Made by a program: the position numbers and the translations under genes. Below, one piece after another: positions 1 through 8,134 of a DNA stretch of 25,826 nucleotides. Location of the stretch: positions 1-25,826 of the forward strand of contig DATACN010000243.1 of assembly GCA_036258995.1 (NCBI GenBank), in the 5' to 3' direction. This DNA comes from Thermoleophilaceae bacterium (GTDB lineage: Bacteria; Actinomycetota; Thermoleophilia; Solirubrobacterales; Thermoleophilaceae). The notes beneath the pieces were generated by a model. The model was not told the origin of the DNA, ran no database searches, and saw only the letters and a list, made by a program, of their open reading frames with translations. Positions within the stretch are counted from its first letter, which is position 1, and every line of letters starts with the position of its first letter.

Positions 1-615
1 GCGCAGCTGCTCGAGCCGTTCCCTCCGCTCCAGCGGCGTGGGCTCGAGCGACCGGAACCCGAGCAGGCCCTCGCGCGTGAACGCGTAGATCCCGAGGTGG
101 TGCAGCGACGAGTGATCGCTGCCGGCCGGGTGCGGGATGGGGCTGCGCGAGAAGTACAGGGCGTTGCCGCCGGCGTCGCAGACCACCTTGACCACGTTCG
201 GATCTTGCAGGAGGCGGCGGTCGTCGAGCGGGCAGGCGACCGTTGTCATGGGCGGCGATTCGCCCGCCCGGTAGGGCTCGACCGCCGCGCCCAGCACGTC
301 CTCGCCGGCGAACGGAAGGTCGCCCTGGAGGTTGACGACCACGTCGAAGTCGGGGCGTGCCTCGGCCACCTCGGCCACCCGGTCCGTGCCCGTCCGGTGC
401 TCGGGGCTCGTCAGCTGCGCCTGGCCGCCGAAGCCCGCGACGCAATCGGCGATCTCGTCCGAGTCCGTGGCCACCACCACCTCGTCGAAGGACCTGCACG
501 CGCGCCCCGCCTCGTACACCCACCGAACCAGCGGTTTTCCGCCCAGGTCGGCCAGCGGCTTGCGCGGCAGGCGGGCCGCCTCCAGGCGCACGGGGACCAC
601 GGCGAGGATCTTCAT
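1..615 (-). CDS. kdsB: 3-deoxy-manno-octulosonate cytidylyltransferase (CMP-Kdo synthetase), 3'-truncated by window edge
   Basis: Hand-translated reverse strand from ATG at 615 (not in ORF track): MKILAVVPVRLEAARLPRKPLADLGGKPLVRWVYE...VVVATD...HRTGTDRVAEVA...VVNLQGDLP...DPNVVKVV...ALYFSRSPIP...HHLGIYAF...LERREGLEQLR. These are the diagnostic KdsB/KpsU motifs (RLPxKPL, TGTDR, NxQGDxP, YFSRSxIP, LEQLR). Confidence 0.93.
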   Translation of the reverse strand, partial: MKILAVVPVRLEAARLPRKPLADLGGKPLVRWVYEAGRACRSFDEVVVATDSDEIADCVAGFGGQAQLTSPEHRTGTDRVAEVAEARPDFDVVVNLQGDLPFAGEDVLGAAVEPYRAGESPPMTTVACPLDDRRLLQDPNVVKVVCDAGGNALYFSRSPIPHPAGSDHSSLHHLGIYAFTREGLLGFRSLEPTPLERRERLEQLR

Positions 616-628
616 TCTGCCAGGGCGC

Positions 629-638
629 ACTGTACGGT
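629..638. promoter_or_regulatory. Symmetric bidirectional -10 box (ACTGTACGGT) between divergent kdsB and wzx
   Basis: TACAGT on - strand (629-634) and TACGGT on + strand (633-638) share the central TA; 13 nt to kdsB ATG, 9 nt to TTG at 648; no Shine-Dalgarno on either side. Confidence 0.45.
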
Positions 639-647
639 CCTCGTACC

Positions 648-2153
648 TTGACTGCGGGTGAGAAGGCTCGCGCTCCCGGAGGTGAGAAGCCTCGCGGGCC
701 GGCTCAGGAGGACGTGCTCTCCACCCCGGCCGCGGGACCGATGGCGATCCGCGGCGGCATGCTCAGAACAGCCGGCTACGGGGCCAACCTGCTGCTCTCG
801 CTCGCCGCCGCGCCGCTGCTGCTGCGCCACCTCGGGGTGGTCGACTTCGGCGGCTACGTGACGGTCGTGTCGCTCGTCGCCGTCGCCGGCATCGTCGCCG
901 ACGCCGGGCTGACCGTGGTGGCGGTGCGCGAGTACGCGATCCGCGACGCCGAGAGCCGGCGCCGGCTGATGGCCAACGTCACGTCGCTGCGGGTGCTTAT
1001 CGCGCTTGCCGGGGCCGCGCTCGCCGTGCTGTTTGCGCTGGCCGCCGGCTACCGGTCGGAGCTCGTGCTCGGAACGGCCTTCGCCGGCATCGGGCTGGTC
1101 CTGATCATCACCCAGCAGACCTTCACGGTGCCGCTCCAGGCGCGGCTGCGCGTCGGGGCGATCACCCTGCTCGAGGTGCTCAAGCAGAGCATGACGGTGG
1201 CGCTGATCGTCGTGCTGATCCTGCTGGGCGCCACGGTCACGGCCTTCCTGGCGATCTCGATCCCGGTCGGAGCCGTAGCCGCCGTCCTGACGCTGATCGT
1301 GGTGCGGCGCACGGTCTCGATGGGGCCGCTGGCGGGCCGCGACGAATGGCGCTACCTGGTCAGGGGCGCGCTTCCGGTCGCCGCGGCCTCCATCCTCGGC
1401 GCCCTCTTCTACAAGTCCGGCGTGATCGTCATGTCGCTGGTGGCGAGCGCCCAGGAGACGGGGCTGTTCAGCGCCTCGTTGCGGGTCACCGAGGCGGTCG
1501 TGCCCGTGCCGTCACTGATCGCGTCGACGGCGTTCCCGATCCTGGTGAAAGCAGCCGAGGACTCGGGCGGGCGGCTGGCCTATGCGCTCCAGCGCCTGTT
1601 CGAGGCCGGCCTGATCCTGGGCGCCTTCTCCGCGCTCTTCCTGGTCCTCGGCGCCGAGCCCCTGATCGACTTCGTCGGCGGCGAGGAGTTCGAGGATGCC
1701 GTTCCGGTGCTGCGCGCACACGGCATCGCGACCGCGGCCACCTTCCTGATCGCTCCCTGGGCCGCGGGGCTGTGGGCCATCCATGCACAGCGCTCGCTGG
1801 TGGTCGCCAGCGCCGTGGGGCTGGCGTGCCTGGTGGCCCTGACCCTGATACTGGCGAGCGAAGAGGGGGCCATCGGCGCCGCGATCGCGATGACGGTCTC
1901 GGAGGTGCTGCTCGCGCTCCTCGCGGGCGCGCTGCTGATGCGGCGCCGCCCCGACCTGCGCGTCAAGCTCGGCGTCGTGCCGAAGGTGCTGGTGGCCGCG
2001 GCCGCCGCGGCCGCGCTCGCGCTGCTCGGCCTCCCGCCGCTCGTGCTGGTGGCGCTCGCGAGCGTCGTCTACTTCGGGCTGCTGCTGGCCCTGCGCGGGA
2101 TCCCGGGCGACGTGTGGATGGCCCTCCGAGGCCGCGTGGCCGAAGGCCCCTAG
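648..2153 (+). CDS. wzx: Wzx-type oligosaccharide/polysaccharide flippase (MOP superfamily)
   Basis: Real part of ORF 357..2153; start TTG 648 (or ATG 741). Many hydrophobic segments; LLRHLGVVDFGGY..., DAGLT...VRE, ETGLFSASLRV...FPIL motifs typical of Wzx/RfbX. Confidence 0.85.
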   Translation: MTAGEKARAPGGEKPRGPAQEDVLSTPAAGPMAIRGGMLRTAGYGANLLLSLAAAPLLLRHLGVVDFGGYVTVVSLVAVAGIVADAGLTVVAVREYAIRDAESRRRLMANVTSLRVLIALAGAALAVLFALAAGYRSELVLGTAFAGIGLVLIITQQTFTVPLQARLRVGAITLLEVLKQSMTVALIVVLILLGATVTAFLAISIPVGAVAAVLTLIVVRRTVSMGPLAGRDEWRYLVRGALPVAAASILGALFYKSGVIVMSLVASAQETGLFSASLRVTEAVVPVPSLIASTAFPILVKAAEDSGGRLAYALQRLFEAGLILGAFSALFLVLGAEPLIDFVGGEEFEDAVPVLRAHGIATAATFLIAPWAAGLWAIHAQRSLVVASAVGLACLVALTLILASEEGAIGAAIAMTVSEVLLALLAGALLMRRRPDLRVKLGVVPKVLVAAAAAAALALLGLPPLVLVALASVVYFGLLLALRGIPGDVWMALRGRVAEGP

Positions 2154-2155
2154 CT

Positions 2156-2989
2156 TCAGCTGACCAGGCCGAGACCGCGGCTGTGCAGCCCCTTGTCGTG
2201 GCGCAGGTAGGCGCCCAGCGGCGTGGTGGGCAGCACCTCCTCGGCGCCGACGGTGCGCCTGGCGATGTCGCGCGCCGGCGGGGCCCCGGGGCGCGACAGG
2301 TGGAGGTCCAGCGTGATGCAGTCGTCCCAGCGCGGGTAGTCGAGGAAGGCGCGCGACATGTAGTGCTCCTTCATCGCCTCGATCAGCTCCCGCACGCCCG
2401 GTACCGCCAGGTCGTATCCGACCAGGCCGGTCTCGGAATGCCGGCGCCTGGCCTTCATGTGCACGACCCCGGCCCCGCGGAAGGCGCGCTCGATCTCGGC
2501 CAGCGGGAGGGGCGCCGTGCTCACGCAGTCGCAGTCCATCCAGAACAGCACGTCATTCCAGTCGCGGACGGCGTGATCGAGCGCGACGATCTTGCGAAAC
2601 CAGCGGAACATGTGCTTGCGGAACCACACGTCGCCGGTCTGCGGGCCTTCGCCGGGGAACGCCTCGGGCGGAGCGTCGCCGCCGAGCTCCGCCGGGATCA
2701 CGTCACGGGCCACCTCCAGGAAGTGCCCGAGCAGCGGGAGCTGGTCGAGGCGCACGGCGCCGGCGCCGAGGGCGCGCACCTCCTTTTCCAGCGCCGCCGG
2801 CGAGGCGGGCTCCTTCGCCTCCACGTAGGCGCGGATCTCGTAGCACGGGTTGTGCCGGCGGAAGGTCTCGACGCAGCGCCTGCCGCTGGCCTCGAACAGC
2901 ACGTCGTCGAACGAGGTGACGAAGCGGACCGGGCGGTCGGCGGGCCATGCCGGTGCTCGCCGGCCGAGCAGCCGCTCGCGCAGGCTCAC
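2156..2989 (-). CDS. Uncharacterised GT-A-like (DxD) nucleotide-sugar transferase-like protein, 277 aa
   Basis: C-terminal part of ORF 2156..3841; GTG start at 2989 overlaps TGA of the upstream gene (GTGA). Contains FVTSF, FRKIVALDHA, LFWMDCDC (DxD), HSETGLVGYDL, WDDCITLD, LRHDKG. Confidence 0.7.
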   Translation of the reverse strand: MSLRERLLGRRAPAWPADRPVRFVTSFDDVLFEASGRRCVETFRRHNPCYEIRAYVEAKEPASPAALEKEVRALGAGAVRLDQLPLLGHFLEVARDVIPAELGGDAPPEAFPGEGPQTGDVWFRKHMFRWFRKIVALDHAVRDWNDVLFWMDCDCVSTAPLPLAEIERAFRGAGVVHMKARRRHSETGLVGYDLAVPGVRELIEAMKEHYMSRAFLDYPRWDDCITLDLHLSRPGAPPARDIARRTVGAEEVLPTTPLGAYLRHDKGLHSRGLGLVS

Positions 2990-3627
2990 GGCGAGGGGGT
3001 CACCCGGGCGATCTGTATCGGGCCGATCTCGGGAATCTCGTCGCGCTCGGGAAGCAGCTCCACCTGCCAGGAGGCATCGCCCCGCAGGCGCTCGAGCAGC
3101 GAGTTGCAGCCGAACTCCTTGGCCAGCTCCTCGTTGCCGTAGTAGTCGTCGAGGAACACCGCCCCGCGCCGCGACAGCAGGGGGTGCGTGTGCTCCCAGT
3201 CGTTCTCGATCGTCTCGATCTTGTGGCCGCCGTCGATGAACACGAAATCGGCCTCGAAGCCGGCGCTCCGCTCGCGAAAGGCGCGGAGCGTCTCGCGCGT
3301 GTCCCCGGGATGCAGCTGGAACTCGAACGAGCGCCGGCGCGACGGCAGGAGTCGCCCCCGCCGCGCGACCTTGTCCTGGAAGGCGCGGAGGCGGTCCTCC
3401 ACCTCGGCCCGCGGCGGCGGCCGCTTGCTCAGCTCGGCCTCGAGCTGCTCGTCGGTGAGCTCCTCGAACAGGTCGAAGCCGTGGTAGGTGACGGCGCCGT
3501 TGCGGCGCAGCGCCGCATTCGCGAGCTCGATCGCCCGCAGGCCGTTCCACGTCCCGACCTCGACCAGGTTGCGGCAGGTCATGCCGGCAAGCGCATCGGT
3601 GAGCTGCCGGTAGCGCCTGAGCTTCAC
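2986..3627 (-). CDS. Class I SAM-dependent methyltransferase (Methyltransf_24-like)
   Basis: LVEVGTWNG (motif I), YHGFDLFE, GDTRETL, DFVFIDGGH, VFLDDY: the typical Methyltransf_24 pattern. Confidence 0.85.
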   Translation of the reverse strand: MKLRRYRQLTDALAGMTCRNLVEVGTWNGLRAIELANAALRRNGAVTYHGFDLFEELTDEQLEAELSKRPPPRAEVEDRLRAFQDKVARRGRLLPSRRRSFEFQLHPGDTRETLRAFRERSAGFEADFVFIDGGHKIETIENDWEHTHPLLSRRGAVFLDDYYGNEELAKEFGCNSLLERLRGDASWQVELLPERDEIPEIGPIQIARVTPSP

Positions 3628-3636
3628 GCGCGTGGG

Positions 3637-4620
3637 CTAGAGCCCGATCCGCACCAGGTCGTGCAGGCGCACCAGCCCGACGCAGCGGTCCCCCTCGACG
3701 ACCGGGAGCACGGCGATCTGCGAGGGGCGGTCCTCCATCAGCCGGAGCGCGTCCCAGGCCATGGCGTCGGGGGCGATCACCACGGGGTCGCGCGTCATGA
3801 AGTCGGCGGCGCGCAGCGTCGTGAGGCCGCTGGCGTCGCAACGCTGCACGGTCCGGCGCACGTCGCCGTCGGTGATGATGCCCTCGAGCAGGTCTCCATC
3901 GCCGACGATCGTGACCGCGCCGAGGCCGCCGCTCGTCATCTCGCCGAGCACGTCGAGCAGCGGCGCGTCGGGGCCGACCGCGGGGCGCTCCGCGCCGGCG
4001 TGCATCACGTCGCGCACGCGCAGGGTCAGCCGGCGGCCAAGCCGGCCCGAGGGATGGTTCGCGGCGAAGCCCTCCGGCGTCACGCCCTTCATCTCCATCA
4101 CGCTCAGCGCCAGGGCGTCGCCGATGGCGAGCGCGACCGCGGCGCTGGCCGTGGGCACGAGGTCGAAGGCTCCCGCCTCGCGCTCGACGAACGCCTCGAG
4201 CGCGATCGAGGCCTGCCGGGCGAGGCCCGAGTCGAGCTTGCCGACGATCGCGATCACCTGCACGTCGCGGCTGCGCAGATAGGGGAGTAGGACCGACACC
4301 TCCTCGGTCTCGCCGCTGTTCGAGACCGCGATGACGACGTCCTGGGAGGCGATCACGCCCAGGCCTCCGTGCAGGGCGTCCGAGGGATGCACGAAGACCG
4401 CCGGCGTGCCGGTGCTAGTCAGGGTCGCGGCGATCTTCTGGGCGACGATGCCGGAGGTGCCGGCCCCCACGGTGGCGACGTTGCCCGAGCAGCTGGCCAG
4501 GAGCTCGGCGGCGCGGGCGAAAGCGGCCTGATCGAGCCGGTCGGCGGCGGCGGAGATCGCAGCGGCCTCGTGGCGCAGGACGTCGGCGGCGGAGCTGAGG
4601 GCCTGCGGCGCCCTCGTCAT
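3637..4620 (-). CDS. kdsD: KpsF/GutQ/KdsD-family SIS + 2xCBS sugar-phosphate isomerase (arabinose-5-phosphate isomerase-like)
   Basis: ATG 4620 overlaps the upstream stop (ATGA). KIAATLTSTGTPAVFVHP..ALHG, VIAVSNSGETEE, PTASA...GDALA, HPSGRLG, then CBS pair (GIITDGDVRR, ADFMTRDP, VGLVRLHDL). GKSG and HGDLG motifs are altered (see findings). Confidence 0.85.
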   Translation of the reverse strand: MTRAPQALSSAADVLRHEAAAISAAADRLDQAAFARAAELLASCSGNVATVGAGTSGIVAQKIAATLTSTGTPAVFVHPSDALHGGLGVIASQDVVIAVSNSGETEEVSVLLPYLRSRDVQVIAIVGKLDSGLARQASIALEAFVEREAGAFDLVPTASAAVALAIGDALALSVMEMKGVTPEGFAANHPSGRLGRRLTLRVRDVMHAGAERPAVGPDAPLLDVLGEMTSGGLGAVTIVGDGDLLEGIITDGDVRRTVQRCDASGLTTLRAADFMTRDPVVIAPDAMAWDALRLMEDRPSQIAVLPVVEGDRCVGLVRLHDLVRIGL

Positions 4621-5336
4621 GCGCGCGCCCCCGCTCCGAGCAGCGCGGGGATCTCCGCCAGGTCGTCGACCACGTGCTCCGCCTCCGGACCGGGGCCCGC
4701 GTCGTCGTAGACCCGCCGGTAGCGAACCGCGGTCATCCCGATCGCCTGGGCACCCGCCACGTCGGTCCGGCGCCGGTCGCCCACGTGGGCGGACCGATCG
4801 GGCGCCGCCCCGCCCAGCTTGGCCAGCGCGTGCTCGAAGATGCGGCGATCGGGCTTGTAGTGGCCGACCTCGTCCGAGAAGGCGGTGTCGTCGAAGAGCT
4901 CGAGCAGGCCATAGCGGGCCAGCAGCTCGCGGACGACGTAGGCAGGCGTCAGGCCGATGTCGCACACGATCCCGAGCCGCGCCCCGCCCGCCTTGAGCTC
5001 CTCGAGGCAATCGCGGATCCCGTCGCTCGGGTGCACGGCCGCCCGGCGGCCCGCCTCGCAGAAGCCCTCGACCAGCACGGCGGGTGCGCCGCCGGACAGG
5101 CTCGGCAGCCTTTCCGAGATCAGCGCGGCCGCGTGCTCGACGGTGAACTGGCTCCCGGCCAGCCACGCCTGCTCGTAGGCGCGATGTGCTGCGTCATGCG
5201 CTTTCTCGAGGGCGACCTCGTCGATCCGGTCGCGACCGAGCAGCTCCGGCAAGACCTCGAGCCTGCGCTGTCTCAGCGACCCCGGCTCCTCCCACATGAC
5301 CGTGTTCCAGAAGTCGAAGGTCACGGCTTCGAGCAT
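4617..5336 (-). CDS. HAD-superfamily hydrolase (phosphatase-like)
   Basis: Motif I variant FDFWNT, motif II IVCD, motif III KPDRRIF, motif IV HVGDRRRTDVAGAQAIGM. Confidence 0.85.
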   Translation of the reverse strand: MLEAVTFDFWNTVMWEEPGSLRQRRLEVLPELLGRDRIDEVALEKAHDAAHRAYEQAWLAGSQFTVEHAAALISERLPSLSGGAPAVLVEGFCEAGRRAAVHPSDGIRDCLEELKAGGARLGIVCDIGLTPAYVVRELLARYGLLELFDDTAFSDEVGHYKPDRRIFEHALAKLGGAAPDRSAHVGDRRRTDVAGAQAIGMTAVRYRRVYDDAGPGPEAEHVVDDLAEIPALLGAGARA

Positions 5337-5343
5337 CGCGGCG

Positions 5344-5353
5344 ACGATAGCGT
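5344..5353. promoter_or_regulatory. Symmetric bidirectional -10 box (ACGATAGCGT) between HAD-kdsD operon and rmlC-gmd operon
   Basis: TATCGT (- strand) lies exactly 7 nt before ATG 5336 (leaderless geometry); TAGCGT (+) lies 9 nt before GTG 5363; intergenic gap is only 26 bp. Confidence 0.6.
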
Positions 5354-5362
5354 CCGCACCCC

Positions 5363-6941
<1,579 letters not shown>

Positions 6942-6949
6942 TACTGGCT

Positions 6950-8134
6950 GTGGCGCCCGTCCCGCCTCCGGAGGAGTGCGACCTCGCGGTCGTGGGCGGC
7001 GGGATCCTCGGCGTGGCGGTCGCGCGGGAGCTGACGGCGCGCCGGCCGGACCTGCGCGCGGTTGTGCTCGAGCGCGAGGAGGAGGTCGGGCGCCACCAGA
7101 CTTCCCACAACAGCGGGGTGATCCACGCCGGCATCTACTACGCGCCCGGGTCGCTCAAGGCGAAGCTGTGCGTGGAGGGCGCGGCCGAGCTCTACGCGCT
7201 CTGCGAGGAGCGCGGCATCCGGCACGAGCGCTGCGGCAAGGTCATCGTCGCGCGCGACGGTGGCGATCTGGCGGCCCTCGACGAGCTCGAGCGCCGCGGG
7301 CGGGCGAACGGCGTTCCAGATCTGCGGCGGCTGTCCGCGAGCGAGCTCGAGGAGATCGAGCCCCACTGTCGCGGAGTGGCCGCCCTGCACTCCCCCTTCA
7401 CCGGAATCGTGGACTTCGCGGAGGTGGCCCGCTCGCTGGCCGGCGATCTCGCGGAGCGGGGCGTGCCGGTCGCGACTAGCTGCGAGGTGGAAGCGGTCGG
7501 CCGCGGCGGCACGCGGCTCCTGATTCGCCACCGGAGCGGCGAGACGCACGCGCGCTTTGCCGTCTTCTGCGCGGGCACGCAGGCCGACCGGCTGGCCGTT
7601 CAGGACGGCGCTCCGGCCGATCCGCGCATCGTCCCGTTTCGCGGCAGCTACCTGCGCCTGCGGCCCGAGCGCCGTCTGCTCGTGCGCAACCTGATCTATC
7701 CGGTCCCGGACCCCTCGTTGCCTTTCCTCGGCGTCCACCTGAGCAGGCATCTCGACGGTGAGGTCTCCCTGGGGCCGACCGCGTTCCTCTCGCCGCGGGG
7801 GCTCCGGCACACGCTGTCGTGGCCCGGGACGTGGCGGATGGCCAGGCGCTGGTGGCGCACCGGCGTAGCCGAGCTGCGCAATCGCGTCAGCCGCCGCGCC
7901 CTCGCGCGTGCGGCCGCGGCCTACGTCCCCGAGCTCGAGCCCGCCGACTTCCTGCCCTACTTCAGCGGCGTGCGGGCGCAGGCGCTGGGCCGGGACGGCC
8001 GGCTGGTGGACGACTTCGTCGTGTCGCGAACCGAGCGGGCCCTCCACGTCCGCAACGCCCCGTCGCCGGCGGCCACGTCGTCGCTCGCCCTCGCACGGCT
8101 CATCGCGGACCAGGCCGAGCCGGGGCTGGCCTGA
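6950..8134 (+). CDS. lhgO: L-2-hydroxyglutarate oxidase (LhgO)-like FAD-dependent oxidoreductase
   Basis: Real part of ORF 6218..8134 from GTG 6950: VVGGGILG, HQTSHNSGVIHAGIYYAPGSLKA, GKVIVA, IVPFRGSY, IYPVPDPSLPFLGVH, GVRAQA, NAPSPAATSSL. Confidence 0.85.
   Translation: MAPVPPPEECDLAVVGGGILGVAVARELTARRPDLRAVVLEREEEVGRHQTSHNSGVIHAGIYYAPGSLKAKLCVEGAAELYALCEERGIRHERCGKVIVARDGGDLAALDELERRGRANGVPDLRRLSASELEEIEPHCRGVAALHSPFTGIVDFAEVARSLAGDLAERGVPVATSCEVEAVGRGGTRLLIRHRSGETHARFAVFCAGTQADRLAVQDGAPADPRIVPFRGSYLRLRPERRLLVRNLIYPVPDPSLPFLGVHLSRHLDGEVSLGPTAFLSPRGLRHTLSWPGTWRMARRWWRTGVAELRNRVSRRALARAAAAYVPELEPADFLPYFSGVRAQALGRDGRLVDDFVVSRTERALHVRNAPSPAATSSLALARLIADQAEPGLA

Noticed and set aside
1346-3142. 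Long alternative-frame ORFs (e.g. 1346..3142, 2947..4290, 7908..9698, 11301..12791, 20563..23190)
   Set aside because: Arg/Ala/Pro/Gly-rich shadow or antisense frames of real genes, expected at this GC content; no recognisable motifs.
3637-5166. Apparent long N-terminal extensions/fusions in the ORF track (3637..5166, 2156..3841, 6218..8134, 10956..12761, 15483..17870, 18897..20933)
   Set aside because: Each resolves into a normal-length gene with a start overlapping or close to the upstream stop (ATGA/GTGA) or at a divergent promoter; no evidence of frameshift or fusion.
4617-5336. Calling the HAD gene kdsC
   Set aside because: Motif I (DFWNT), length and motif IV do not match the cap-less KdsC subfamily; kept only as a functional-analogue hypothesis.
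6950-8134. A lysine/glutarate catabolic (csiD-lhgO-gab) operon
   Set aside because: None of the partner genes is present; the context is purely glycan biosynthesis.
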